Of a stretch of DNA of 55,357 nt, positions 8,027-17,810 are shown piece by piece (the first letter of the stretch is position 1; each line of letters begins with the position of its first letter). The notes under the pieces were generated by a model, which saw only the letters and a list, made by a program, of their open reading frames with translations, was not told where the DNA came from and made no database searches. Location: NCBI GenBank assembly GCA_045638785.1, contig JAZUBW010000076.1:1-55357 (forward strand). Direction: 5' to 3'. Origin of the DNA: Faecousia sp. (GTDB lineage: Bacteria; Bacillota; Clostridia; Oscillospirales; Oscillospiraceae). A program made the translations under genes and the position numbers.

Positions 8027-10411
8027 TTATCGCAGGGTAGCGCCGCACTTTTCTGCCAGAGCGGCCAGCACTTTCTGCATCACGCCCTCGGAGTCAGCAT
8101 CGGTCAGAGTCCGGTCATCGGCCCGCAGTTCCAGAGAGAAGGCCAAACTCTTCTTGCCTTCGCCCAGGTTGGCACCACGGTAGATGTCGAACAGACGGAC
8201 ACTGCGCAGCAGCTTGCCGCCGGCAGCTGTGATAACGGCTTCCATTTCACCCACGGTCAGCTTCTCGTCGCAGACTACAGACAGGTCGCGATGGACGCTG
8301 GGATACTTGGGCAGGGGAACATACTTGACTTCCGGCAGCAGCAGACCCAGGAGCTTGGTGAAGCTGATCTCAGCGCAGTAGACTTCGCAATCCAGGTCGA
8401 AGTTGGCAGCCACCAGGGGATGGACCTGGCCCAGGAAACCCACATCCACACCATCGATGGTGACCTTGGCACAACGGCCGGGATGGAAGCTGGGGTTGTC
8501 GGAAACGGCGGTGTAGGTGGCCTTCTTGGTCCGCAGAGCGGCAAAGACAGCCTCCAGCTCACCCTTTATGGTGAAGAAGTTAACGGCAGGTCCGTAAGCG
8601 CCCAGCAGTAACATCTTGGGCTCTTCGGGCAGGGGCTGGCCTTCCACAGGCAGGTAGACCTTGGCCACTTCGTACAGCTTTACGGACTTGTTGTGATAGT
8701 TGTTGTTGCGGCTGAGGATCTCCAGCATGGAGGGCAGGGCGATGGTGCGCATAATGGAGGTGTCTTCTCCCAGAGGATTCTGGATCCGCAGGGCATTGCG
8801 CAGGATAGAGTCAGCGCTCAGACGAATTTGGTCGAAGATAGCAGGGGAGACGAAGGAGTAGGTGATGATCTCACTGTAGCCCATGGCTCGGCATTGCTGG
8901 CCCAGCTTCTGCTCCAGCTTCATCTCCTGGCTGTAGCCACCCTGGGTAGAGGTCTTGAAGGCGGTGGTGGGGATCTCGTTGTAACCGTAGATACGGCCTA
9001 CTTCTTCTGCAATGTCAGCCATCAGATTCAGGTCGGGACGGAAGGAGGGAACCTGGATGGTGCGGCCTTCCACAGGGATCTCCAGACGGCGCAGGTAGGA
9101 AACCATCTGCTCTTCGGAAATGTCGGTGCCCAGCAGACGGTTGATCTTCTCGGGCTCCAACTCCAGGGTACGGGGCTGGGGAACGTAGTTGATGATATCG
9201 ATGATGCCGTCCATGACATCGCCGCACTCCAGCAGTTCAACCAGTTCGCAGGCGCGCTCCACGGCGGGCAGGGTCATCATGGGATCCAGCTTCTTTTCGA
9301 ACTTGCCGGAAGCCTCGGTACGCATGCCCAGGGCCAGAGCAGTCTGACGGATGGAAGTGCCGTCGAAGTTGGCGGACTCGAAAACCACGGTGGTGGTGTC
9401 GTCCATAATTTCGGAGTTCTCGCCGCCCATGATACCGGCCAGGCCAATGGCACGGTTCTCGTCGGCGATGACCAACATGCCGGGCTTCAGGTTACGGACA
9501 TTGCCGTCCAGGGTGGTCAGCACTTCGCCTTCTTCTGCTTCACGAACGATGATCTTGCCGGAGGAAACATAGCGGTAGTCAAAAGCGTGCATGGGCTGGC
9601 CGTACTCCAGCATCACATAGTTGGTGATGTCAACGATATTGTTGATGGGACGCACGCCGTTGGCACGCAGGCGCTGCCGCACCCACTTGGGAGAAGGACC
9701 AATCTTCACATTGGTGACCATGCGGCTGGTGTAGCGGTTGCACAGCTTTTCGGCAGGCACTTCCACATCCAGGTGCTCGTAGATGGAGCCGGTCTCGCTG
9801 CCCTTTACTGCGGGCTCATGATGACGCATGGGCTTATCAAAAGCGGCGGCAGCCTCACGGGCCAGGCCGATGACGGAGTAGCAGTCGGGACGGTTGTTGG
9901 TGATCTCAAATTCCACAACGGTGTCGTCGTTGCCGAGAAGCTCGTTGATGTCCTGGCCGATGTGGCATTCTTCTTCGATGATGAAGATGCCATCTTCGAT
10001 GGCATAGGGGAAATCACCGGTGGTCAGGCCCAGCTCTTCCAGGCCGCAGAGCATACCGTTGGACACTTCGCCACGGAGCTTGCCCTTGGTGATATGCACA
10101 CCGCCGGGCAGCCAGGAGTTGTGCTTGGCAACGGGCACCAGGTCACCCTGCTTCACATTCTGGGCACCGGTGACGATCTGAATGGGGGCCTCTTCGCCCA
10201 CATCGATCTGGCAAACCCACATGTGGTCGGAGTTCTGATGGCGGACGATCTCAACGACCTTACCGACAACCACATTCTTGATGTCGCTATCCAACCGCTC
10301 ATAGGTTTCCACCTTCTGACCGGCAACGGTCATCACTTCGACAAATTCCTTGTCGCTAATATGGGACAGGTCCACGAATTCCTCATGGAGCCATTTTCTA
10401 TTCAGCTTCAT
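8027..10411 (-). CDS. pheT: Phenylalanine-tRNA ligase beta subunit
   Basis: tRNA-binding OB fold, EITNNRPDC, PINNIVDITNYVMLEYGQPMHAFD, C-terminal FDX-ACB domain. Confidence 0.98.
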   Translation of the reverse strand: MKLNRKWLHEEFVDLSHISDKEFVEVMTVAGQKVETYERLDSDIKNVVVGKVVEIVRHQNSDHMWVCQIDVGEEAPIQIVTGAQNVKQGDLVPVAKHNSWLPGGVHITKGKLRGEVSNGMLCGLEELGLTTGDFPYAIEDGIFIIEEECHIGQDINELLGNDDTVVEFEITNNRPDCYSVIGLAREAAAAFDKPMRHHEPAVKGSETGSIYEHLDVEVPAEKLCNRYTSRMVTNVKIGPSPKWVRQRLRANGVRPINNIVDITNYVMLEYGQPMHAFDYRYVSSGKIIVREAEEGEVLTTLDGNVRNLKPGMLVIADENRAIGLAGIMGGENSEIMDDTTTVVFESANFDGTSIRQTALALGMRTEASGKFEKKLDPMMTLPAVERACELVELLECGDVMDGIIDIINYVPQPRTLELEPEKINRLLGTDISEEQMVSYLRRLEIPVEGRTIQVPSFRPDLNLMADIAEEVGRIYGYNEIPTTAFKTSTQGGYSQEMKLEQKLGQQCRAMGYSEIITYSFVSPAIFDQIRLSADSILRNALRIQNPLGEDTSIMRTIALPSMLEILSRNNNYHNKSVKLYEVAKVYLPVEGQPLPEEPKMLLLGAYGPAVNFFTIKGELEAVFAALRTKKATYTAVSDNPSFHPGRCAKVTIDGVDVGFLGQVHPLVAANFDLDCEVYCAEISFTKLLGLLLPEVKYVPLPKYPSVHRDLSVVCDEKLTVGEMEAVITAAGGKLLRSVRLFDIYRGANLGEGKKSLAFSLELRADDRTLTDADSEGVMQKVLAALAEKCGATLR

Positions 10412-10425
10412 AGTCCAATACCTCC

Positions 10426-11469
10426 TTAGAACTGGTTCAGGAAACGCACGTCGTTATCAAAGATCAGACGAAGATCGGTGATGTTCAGGCGGCCCATAGC
10501 CATACGCTCCAAGCCCATGCCGAAGGCAAAGCCGGAGTACTTGTCGGGGTCAATACCGCAGTTACGCAGAACCTCGGGATGCACCATGCCGGCGCCCAGC
10601 AGCTCAATCCAGCCTTCGCCGTGGCAGGTGGAGCAAACATTGCCGTCCACTTCGCCGGTGCCGTGGCACTTGTGGCACTGCATATCCATCTCGCAGGAAG
10701 GCTCGGTGAAGGGGAAGTGGTGGGGACGGAAACGGACGGAAGCGTCGTGACCGTAGATCTTGTTCATGATGGTGATCAGTGCACCCTTCAGGTCGCCCAT
10801 GGTGATGTTCTCAGCCACTACCAGACCTTCAATCTGATGGAACATGGGGCTGTGGGTGGCGTCAGCCTCGTCCTTACGGAACACACGGGCGGGTGCCAGC
10901 ATGCACAGAGGAGGCTGATGATTTTCCATGAAGCGGATCTGCATGGAGCTGGTCTGGGTACGCAGCAGCAGGGAATCTTCGTCATTGAAGTAGAAGGTGT
11001 CGCTGCGGTCACGGGAAGGATGGCCTTCCTCGATGTTAAGACGAGTGAAGTTGTAGTCAGCCAGTTCCACCTCGGGGCCTTCCACCACGGTGTAACCCAT
11101 GCCTACGAAAATATCCTTGATCTGCTGCAGCACCTGATTCATGGGGTGCTCATGGCCCAGGGCCACGGGCTCGCCGGGGATGGTCACGTCGATGGCTTCA
11201 CTGGCCAGCTTTGCTTCCAGCACCTTGGCGCCGATGGCGGTCTTGGCTTCTTCCAGCTTTTCCTCGATCTCAGCACGGACAGCGTTGGCCAGAGCGCCCA
11301 TGACGGGGCGTTCCTCAGCAGACAGCTTGCCCATCATCTTCAGAACGGCGGTCAGTTCACCCTTCTTGCCCAGGTATTTGACACGGACTTCCTCCAGATC
11401 AGCAGGGGAGTTGGCGGCATCCAGTGCCCCCATTGCAGCCTGCTTGATCAGTTGCAGTTGTTCTTTCAT
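10426..11469 (-). CDS. pheS: Phenylalanine-tRNA ligase alpha subunit
   Basis: LLRTQTS, DATHSPMFHQIEGL, FRPHHFPFTEPS, GFAFGMGLER; start MKEQL after GGAGG (the longer ORF-track start lies in the T-box leader). Confidence 0.98.
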   Translation of the reverse strand: MKEQLQLIKQAAMGALDAANSPADLEEVRVKYLGKKGELTAVLKMMGKLSAEERPVMGALANAVRAEIEEKLEEAKTAIGAKVLEAKLASEAIDVTIPGEPVALGHEHPMNQVLQQIKDIFVGMGYTVVEGPEVELADYNFTRLNIEEGHPSRDRSDTFYFNDEDSLLLRTQTSSMQIRFMENHQPPLCMLAPARVFRKDEADATHSPMFHQIEGLVVAENITMGDLKGALITIMNKIYGHDASVRFRPHHFPFTEPSCEMDMQCHKCHGTGEVDGNVCSTCHGEGWIELLGAGMVHPEVLRNCGIDPDKYSGFAFGMGLERMAMGRLNITDLRLIFDNDVRFLNQF

Positions 11470-11517
11470 TGTAATTCCTCCTAAAAAGGCAATTTGCCTT
11501 GCATTTACAAATTTGAA

Positions 11518-11775
11518 ATAAAAAAAGCCCATCATCCCACTAGCTCGGGACGAAAGGCATTCCTTCCGCGGTACCACCCACGATTCGCCGTAAAACGACG
11601 CACTTAAAAGCGCTGTTACGCTCGCAACCTCTAACGGAGTTACCCGGCCATCCCTACTCAAACTTTCAGGCGGCAGCTCCCGGGAGAAGGCCCGCATATC
11701 ACACCCCAGGTGGCTTTCACCGTCCCACCCTCGCTTTGGAGGCGCATCCGATACCGGACAGCCCGTTCATCGCTT
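11518..11775 (-). ncRNA. T-box riboswitch (Phe) of pheST
   Basis: Minus strand GCGAG/GGTGAAAG stem I motifs, TTC specifier (11686-11688), GGGTGGTACCGCGG T-box, terminator with U-tract. Confidence 0.92.
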
Positions 11776-11842
11776 TTTGCATATCAATCGCATCATACCA
11801 CCAATGGATAAAAAATGCAAGAAAAATTTTGTGTTCGCAGAT

Positions 11843-11878
11843 GAAAAGGTGCCATCCTTTGTACAGATGGCACCCTTT
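11843..11878 (-). terminator. Intrinsic terminator closing the 12-kb accessory patch
   Basis: AAAAGGTGCCATC...GATGGCACCCTTT. Confidence 0.7.
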
Positions 11879-11892
11879 GGGAGCGTATAGAA

Positions 11893-12095
11893 TTATGCTG
11901 CGACGGGAAGATCGTTCGGATCATAGAACACCAGTGTTCCGTTCAAATATGCTTCCACATCTGCATCCACCAACACGATGATGCCGATGGCAGGATGTAG
12001 CTGCCGTTGACAGAAACCTTTGCGGCATTGTTTGGGGTGATCGTCGCATTGTCAAAGTTTAGGTCTAGCATACGGCCGCAGCCGATACAATTGGC
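11893..12095 (-). pseudogene. Frameshifted C-terminal gene fragment
   Basis: ANCIGCGRMLDLNFDNATITPNNAAKVSVNGSYILPS, 1-nt deletion near 11986, GIIVLVDADVEAYLNGTLVFYDPNDLPVAA*; no 5' part. Confidence 0.6.
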
Positions 12096-12110
12096 TTATT
12101 GTTGCTCCTT

Positions 12111-12590
12111 TCAGCAATATTTTCTAATTGCTGCATAATCCAATTTTTCCGAGCGCGGCAATACTAAAATATCCTCGCCCTTGGTAAGCATTGCATAGCC
12201 ATCCTGGCTAATATTGATACTAATGTGGCTACCATCCTTTAATGTAAGAGACATACTCATTTGAGTGGCGATACCGGCTGCAACTTGTCGGCTAACAAAA
12301 TCCACCTCAGCCACATTATCTGTAAATGGCATATTTTCTAAATGTAACCTAATAAATGAATCGACTTTATCCTCTTCATTGATTTCAATGCTGTATGACC
12401 AAATTGGAGCAGCTATTCTAATGCTTTCGATACTCTCTGTGTTTACAAGTTCATGGAACACTACGGTATTCAAACCGGGCTCTGTCTTAGATGGCTCCGT
12501 TGGCTGTTCCGGTGTGCAGCCGGAAATGATGATGCTTACGAGCATCACCCCCAGCAGCAGAAAGACCTTGATCCGATTGTTCTTTGACAT
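12111..12590 (-). CDS. Hypothetical lipoprotein
   Basis: MSKNNRIKVFLLLGVMLVSIIISG-C lipobox, P/T/E linker; AT-rich; AAGGAGG RBS. Confidence 0.8.
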   Translation of the reverse strand: MSKNNRIKVFLLLGVMLVSIIISGCTPEQPTEPSKTEPGLNTVVFHELVNTESIESIRIAAPIWSYSIEINEEDKVDSFIRLHLENMPFTDNVAEVDFVSRQVAAGIATQMSMSLTLKDGSHISINISQDGYAMLTKGEDILVLPRSEKLDYAAIRKYC

Positions 12591-12696
12591 ATCCTGTACC
12601 TCCTTCATATTTATTCTTCACTGTATATATGTCACGAGTGTGGCAAAGGGTGACAAAAAATTGAGAAAAAAGTTTCAAATGCCGCTTTCTGCCCGT

Positions 12697-12832
12697 AAGA
12701 CAAAACGCTCCCTTTGGCATTACCTAAAGAGAGCGTTTTCTGTGTATCTTTTCGTCCTTAGGTAATTTTTAAAATTACAAAGGAAAATATATTATCATTA
12801 ATTATTGTATATCCTTCCGCATAGTTTGTCAA
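12697..12832 (-). promoter_or_regulatory. sigA promoter plus leader with terminator/antiterminator
   Basis: TTGACA-N17-TACAAT (12804-12832); hairpin 12702-12715/12726-12739; competing pairing 12719-12730 with 12755-12766. Confidence 0.55.
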
Positions 12833-12890
12833 GAAAAACGCAATGGCGCTTGTATGAAGTATAAAACCGGTTTTATTCCGATTCCCCGGC

Positions 12891-12919
12891 TTGACGAAAA
12901 GGGAAGGGCGTGCTATAAT
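12891..12919 (+). promoter_or_regulatory. sigA promoter of rarA
   Basis: TTGACG-N17-TATAAT with extended TG. Confidence 0.75.
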
Positions 12920-12949
12920 AGCACAAATGAACGAAATTGAGGTGTCGTC

Positions 12950-14212
12950 ATGTACCAGCCCCTTGCTGACCTTTTACGCCCCACGACCCTGGATGAGGTC
13001 TACGGACAAGAACATATCCTGGGTCAAGGCGGCATTCTGCGCCGGCTGGTGGACTCCGGCAAGATCCCGAACATGGTCTTCTATGGCCCCAGCGGCACCG
13101 GCAAGACAACAGTCGCCAATATCATCGCCAAACAGACTAACCGCACCCTTTATAAACTGAACGCCACCACCGCCTCCACTGCCGACATCAAGCAGATCGT
13201 GGCGGAGCTGGACACCTTCATGGCCCCCAACGGCATTTTGCTGTACCTGGATGAGATCCAGTCCTTCAATCGGAAGCAGCAGCAATCCCTTTTGGAGCAT
13301 ATCGAAAGCGGCAAGATCACGCTGATCACCTCCACCACCGAAAATCCCTATTTCTATGTTTTCAACGCCCTCTTGAGCCGAAGCACCATCTTTGAGTTTA
13401 AACAGCTGGATGACGATGCCGTGCTGAAGGCTGTAAACCGGGCGGTGGAATTTATGGAAAGCCGCACCGGCCTTGCCGCAAAGCCGGAGGAAGGGACCCT
13501 GGAGCATATCGCCTCTGCCTGCGGCGGCGATGTCCGCAAGGCCATGAATGCGGTGGAAGTTCTGTTCTCCGCTGGTCAGCCGGAAAACGGCAGCCTGCCC
13601 CTGACCCTGGCTGATGCTAAAATGGTGACCCAGCGCTCGGCCATGCGCTATGACCGTGGCGGTGACAATCAGTATGACTCTCTGTCTGCCCTCATGAAGT
13701 CCATCCGTGGCTCTGACCCGGATGCGGCCATTCACTACCTGGCCCGATTCCTGGAGGCCGGCGACCTGCCGTCCTGCTGCCGCCGGATTCTTTGCTCTGC
13801 CTGTGAGGACATCGGTCTTGCCTATCCGATGGCCATACCCATTGTCAAAGCCTGCGTGGACACAGCTTTGCAGCTGGGCCTGCCGGAAGCCAAACTGCCC
13901 CTGTCGGATGCAGTCATTTTCCTGGCTACCTGCCCCAAGTCCAATTCTGCCTACAGTGCCTTTGCCGCGGCGGCAGAGGATGTGCGAAACGGCAAGGGCG
14001 GCGATTTCCCCCGGCATCTGCAGAATAAGCACGCCGATACCTTCAGTATGGAGCGGGCGCAGGGATACCTGTATCCCCATAATTTCCCCCATCATTGGGT
14101 GCAGCAGCAGTACCTGCCCGATGACCTGGTGGGTACTATCTATTATGAATACGGCCCCAATAAGACCGAGCAGGCAGCGAAGGCCTACTGGGCTGCGATT
14201 AAAGGAAAATAA
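12950..14212 (+). CDS. rarA: Replication-associated recombination protein A (MgsA AAA+ ATPase)
   Basis: PLADLLRP, YGPSGTGKTT, TTENPYF, KSIRGSDPDAA, YLYPHNF. Confidence 0.96.
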   Translation: MYQPLADLLRPTTLDEVYGQEHILGQGGILRRLVDSGKIPNMVFYGPSGTGKTTVANIIAKQTNRTLYKLNATTASTADIKQIVAELDTFMAPNGILLYLDEIQSFNRKQQQSLLEHIESGKITLITSTTENPYFYVFNALLSRSTIFEFKQLDDDAVLKAVNRAVEFMESRTGLAAKPEEGTLEHIASACGGDVRKAMNAVEVLFSAGQPENGSLPLTLADAKMVTQRSAMRYDRGGDNQYDSLSALMKSIRGSDPDAAIHYLARFLEAGDLPSCCRRILCSACEDIGLAYPMAIPIVKACVDTALQLGLPEAKLPLSDAVIFLATCPKSNSAYSAFAAAAEDVRNGKGGDFPRHLQNKHADTFSMERAQGYLYPHNFPHHWVQQQYLPDDLVGTIYYEYGPNKTEQAAKAYWAAIKGK

Positions 14213-14214
14213 TC

Positions 14215-14406
14215 ATGGATATTCGCTTGAATGACATTCTCATTATGAAAAAACCCCACCCTTGCGGCTGTGATCGCTGGCAGGTCTTGCGCACCGGCGC
14301 GGATTTTCGTCTGCGCTGCATGGGCTGCGGCCATGAGCTGATGACACCCCGCTTCAAGGCAGAGAAGAATATCCGCTCTATCCAGCGCCCGGAGGACACA
14401 AAGTAA
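14215..14406 (+). CDS. DUF951 family protein
   Basis: MKKPHPCG...WQVLRTGADFRLRCMGCG. Confidence 0.9.
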   Translation: MDIRLNDILIMKKPHPCGCDRWQVLRTGADFRLRCMGCGHELMTPRFKAEKNIRSIQRPEDTK

Positions 14407-14419
14407 ATCAATCCTACAA

Positions 14420-14458
14420 TAAAAACGGCAACCGCCATCGGCGGCTGCCGTTTTTTCA
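14420..14458 (+). terminator. Intrinsic terminator
   Basis: AAAAACGGCAACCGCC-ATC-GGCGGCTGCCGTTTTTT. Confidence 0.8.
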
Positions 14459-14570
14459 TGCCATGGTGTGCTTCCTGGCGGAACAAAGACGGAATCAAAG
14501 ACAAGATTGCGACCGACTTTTTGTCCCGGCTGCCCTATACTTGTACCATCCCATTGGAGGAGGCGGTGGC

Positions 14571-15338
14571 TTGTCAGTGTATGTGGATGTTCTGATGCTG
14601 CTGAATTTTGCGGTGGACCTTTGCCTGCTGCTGGGCACCAACCGGTTGTCGGGCCATCCGCCGAATATCGGCAGAGTGGCCTTGGCCGCAGCGCTTGGCA
14701 GCCTCTATGCCGGTGCCTGTGTACTGCCGGGTTTTTCCTTTTTGGGGAACTTCCTGTGGCGGCTGGTTAGTTGGGGAATCATCAGCGTGATTGCCTTCGG
14801 CGCAACCCAAAGCGGCCTGCGCAGGGGTATCCTCTTTCTGCTGCTGAGTATGGCTTTGGGCGGCATCGCGCTGTGCCTGGATCAGGGCGGCTTTTGGGCT
14901 CTGGTGCTGGCAGCTGCAGGGGTTTGTTTTCTCTGCCTGGTGGGTTTCCGTGGCAGGGTAGGGCAGCAGTATGTGCCTGTGAACATTTGTTATGGAGGTG
15001 CCTGCGTTTCTTTGATGGCCCTGGTGGATACCGGCAACGGCCTTCGTGACCCCGTCACCGGCTGCCCGGTGCTGGTGGTGGAAGCTGCATCGGCAAAGAA
15101 ACTGCTGACTTTTGCAGAGGGGGAATTAGAGCATCCTCTAGAAACCATGCTATCCTGCAGACATCCCAACCTGCGGCTGATCCCCTATACCGCTGTTGGT
15201 CAGCCCGGTGGATTCCTGCTGGCCATCCGGCCGGACAGTGTGACGATCAACGGAAAAGGAGTAGATCATATGGTGGCTTTTACACCCCAAAATTTGGGCC
15301 ATGGGCAGTATCAGGCCCTTGCGGGAGTTATCTCATGA
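14571..15338 (+). CDS. spoIIGA: Sigma-E processing peptidase SpoIIGA
   Basis: TTG start after GGAGG; [13 protein letters not shown] helices, [12 protein letters not shown] aspartic-protease motif; overlaps sigE. Confidence 0.92.
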   Translation: MSVYVDVLMLLNFAVDLCLLLGTNRLSGHPPNIGRVALAAALGSLYAGACVLPGFSFLGNFLWRLVSWGIISVIAFGATQSGLRRGILFLLLSMALGGIALCLDQGGFWALVLAAAGVCFLCLVGFRGRVGQQYVPVNICYGGACVSLMALVDTGNGLRDPVTGCPVLVVEAASAKKLLTFAEGELEHPLETMLSCRHPNLRLIPYTAVGQPGGFLLAIRPDSVTINGKGVDHMVAFTPQNLGHGQYQALAGVIS

Positions 15339-16045
15339 GGCAGGCCTGGAAAGAACTGCTGACCTGGTTGGGCCTGGCCGGTGAAGAATATATCTTTTAC
15401 ATCGGCGGCAGCGATGTTTTGCCGCCGCCGCTGAAGGGTCAGCAGGAGCAGGAAGCGTTGGAAGCCCTGGAAAACGGTGACGAAGGGGCAAAACAGCTGC
15501 TTATTGAGCATAACTTGCGACTGGTGGTTTACATCGCCCGGCGGTTTGAAAACACCGGCGTGGGTCTGGAGGATTTGATTTCCATCGGTACCATCGGCCT
15601 CATCAAGGGTATTAGCACCTACCGCCGAGACAAGAATATTAAGCTTGCCACCTATGCCTCCCGGTGTATCGAGAATGAAATTCTTATGCACATCCGCAAG
15701 ATCAGCAGCCAAAAGGCAGAAATTTCCCTGGATGAACCCATCAATATGGACTATGACGGCAATGAACTTTTGCTCTCTGACATTCTTGGCACCGACGAAA
15801 ACATTGTTACCGGTAAACTGGAGGATGCGGTGGACCTGCACCTGCTGCGAAAATCCCTGTCGGAGTTGCCGCCCCGGGAACGGGAGATCATTCAAATGCG
15901 CTATGGCCTGGCTGGTTTCCGGGAGCTGACCCAAAAGGAGGTGGCCCAAAAGCTGGGCATCTCCCAGTCTTATATCTCCCGGCTGGAAAAGCGGATCATG
16001 CAGCGGCTGAAAAAAGAAATGCTGCGACAGACCAGCTGTACATAA
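15335..16045 (+). CDS. sigE: Sporulation sigma factor SigE (pro-sigma E)
   Basis: [57 protein letters not shown]. Confidence 0.97.
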   Translation: MRQAWKELLTWLGLAGEEYIFYIGGSDVLPPPLKGQQEQEALEALENGDEGAKQLLIEHNLRLVVYIARRFENTGVGLEDLISIGTIGLIKGISTYRRDKNIKLATYASRCIENEILMHIRKISSQKAEISLDEPINMDYDGNELLLSDILGTDENIVTGKLEDAVDLHLLRKSLSELPPREREIIQMRYGLAGFRELTQKEVAQKLGISQSYISRLEKRIMQRLKKEMLRQTSCT

Positions 16046-16052
16046 TTTTTCC

Positions 16053-16105
16053 TTGCAATCAGAAACGGAATTTGCTATAATCGGTACAAGGTTTTATCGA
16101 TAAAA
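16053..16105 (+). promoter_or_regulatory. sigA promoter and palindromic operator candidate upstream of rex
   Basis: TTGCAA-N17-TATAAT (16053-16081), then TTTTATCGATAAAA (16092-16105). Confidence 0.55.
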
Positions 16106-16145
16106 AAGCGTATCGATTTCCGGTCCCTGAGAAAGCGAGTTAATT

Positions 16146-16784
16146 ATGGATAAGAAGGAAATCTCCAAAGCGATACTCAAGCGTCTGCCCGGGTATTTGG
16201 CCTATCTAAAGGGCCTGCCCCAGGATGCGCCTGCTCATATTTCTGCCACAACCCTGGCCAATGCTTTGGGGATGGGCGAGGTGCAGGTGCGCAAGGATCT
16301 GGCGGCGGTGTCCGACGGCGGACGTCCAAAGGTGGGCTACCTGCGGGAAAGCTTAATTGACGATATTGAGCAGTTTTTGGGTTATGACAACAGCACCGAT
16401 GCCGTCCTAGTGGGTGCCGGTAAATTAGGCCAAGCCCTCTGCGACTATTCCGGCTTTGCCGACTACGGTCTACACATTTTGGCAGCCTTCGACATCATGC
16501 CGTCTGTCAGCTTCACCAGCAAGGGCATCCCAGTCCACTATATGCATCAGATGGAGGAGTTCTGTCGGGCCAACAAGGTCCGCATGGCCATCATCACCGT
16601 CCCGACGGCCCAGGCCCAGCAGGTCTGCAACCGCCTCATCGATTGCGGCATCCGGGCCATTTGGAACTTTGCACCGGTGCATTTGGAAGTCCCCGAGAAC
16701 ATTTTGGTGCAGAACGAAAATATGGCAACCTCTCTTGCGGTGCTGAGTATGCACCTGCAGGCCCAGACTAAAGATAAAAAGTAA
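16146..16784 (+). CDS. rex: Redox-sensing transcriptional repressor Rex
   Basis: KRLPGY, QVRKDL, GRPKVGY, LVGAGKLGQAL, AIWNFAP. Confidence 0.93.
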   Translation: MDKKEISKAILKRLPGYLAYLKGLPQDAPAHISATTLANALGMGEVQVRKDLAAVSDGGRPKVGYLRESLIDDIEQFLGYDNSTDAVLVGAGKLGQALCDYSGFADYGLHILAAFDIMPSVSFTSKGIPVHYMHQMEEFCRANKVRMAIITVPTAQAQQVCNRLIDCGIRAIWNFAPVHLEVPENILVQNENMATSLAVLSMHLQAQTKDKK

Positions 16785-16795
16785 GGAGAAAGATT

Positions 16796-17803
16796 ATGCA
16801 GTACAGAACTTTGGGTAAGACCGGTCTGAACATTTCCGCCATGGGTTTTGGCGGTATCCCGATTCAGCGCATCGATGCCGAGGGTACGAAGGTGCTGATG
16901 CACCAGCTGAAGGCAGCCGGTATCAACTATATCGACACCGCCCGTGGTTATACCGTCAGTGAGGAATACCTGGGCTATGCCCTGGAAGGCCTCCGCAGCG
17001 ATTTCATCCTGGCCACCAAGTCCATGGCCCGTGATAAGGCCGGCATGGCAAAGGACATCGACATTAGCCTGGGCAACCTGCGTACCGACTACATCGAGCT
17101 GTATCAGATCCATAACCCCAACATGCAGCAGTTTGAGCAGGTGGTTGCTCCCGGCGGCGCTCTGGAAGCACTGCAGGAGGCCAAGGCTGCCGGTAAGATC
17201 GGCCACATCGGCATCACCATGCACGACCTGGCTGTCTTTGAAAAGGCTTTGGAGTGCGATTGGGTGGAGACCATCATGTTCCCCTATAACATCGTCGAGT
17301 CCCAGGGCAAGGAACTGATCGCCAAGTGCGCCGAAAAGAACATCGGCTTTGTGTGCATGAAGCCCCTGGCCGGCGGCGCCATCGAGGATGCCACCCTGGC
17401 CATGCGCTATGTCTGCGCCGATCCCAATGTGACTGTTGTGATCCCTGGCATGGCTGACCCTAAGGAACTGGAGCAGAACATTGCCGCTGCCAACGATGAA
17501 AGCCCTCTGTCTAACGAAGAACTGGCTGCTATGCAGAAGATCCGTGACGAGCTGGGTACCAATTTCTGCCGCCGCTGCAATTACTGCCAGCCCTGCTCCG
17601 CCGGTATCAACATCTCCGGTGCTTTCCTGTTTGAGGGCTACTACAACCGTTACGGTCTGCAGGAATGGGCCGCCGGCCGCTACCTGGCAATGCCCAAGAC
17701 CGCATCCGATTGTGTCGATTGCGGCCTCTGCGAGGAGCGCTGCCCCTACCACCTGCCCATCCGGGAAATGCTGAAGAAAGTCGCAAACGTATTTGGTAAA
17801 TAA
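16796..17803 (+). CDS. Aldo/keto reductase with C-terminal 4Fe-4S dicluster
   Basis: MQYRTLGKTG, IDTARGY, CRRCNYCQPC and CVDCGLCEERCP. Confidence 0.93.
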   Translation: MQYRTLGKTGLNISAMGFGGIPIQRIDAEGTKVLMHQLKAAGINYIDTARGYTVSEEYLGYALEGLRSDFILATKSMARDKAGMAKDIDISLGNLRTDYIELYQIHNPNMQQFEQVVAPGGALEALQEAKAAGKIGHIGITMHDLAVFEKALECDWVETIMFPYNIVESQGKELIAKCAEKNIGFVCMKPLAGGAIEDATLAMRYVCADPNVTVVIPGMADPKELEQNIAAANDESPLSNEELAAMQKIRDELGTNFCRRCNYCQPCSAGINISGAFLFEGYYNRYGLQEWAAGRYLAMPKTASDCVDCGLCEERCPYHLPIREMLKKVANVFGK

Positions 17804-17810
17804 ATATCTT

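Noticed and set aside
11470-11697. 76-aa N-terminal extension of PheS
   Set aside because: Lies within the T-box leader; the true RBS precedes ATG 11469
14480-14545. Spo0A boxes upstream of spoIIGA
   Set aside because: Expected biologically, but only degenerate matches to TGNCGAA are visible, too weak to call
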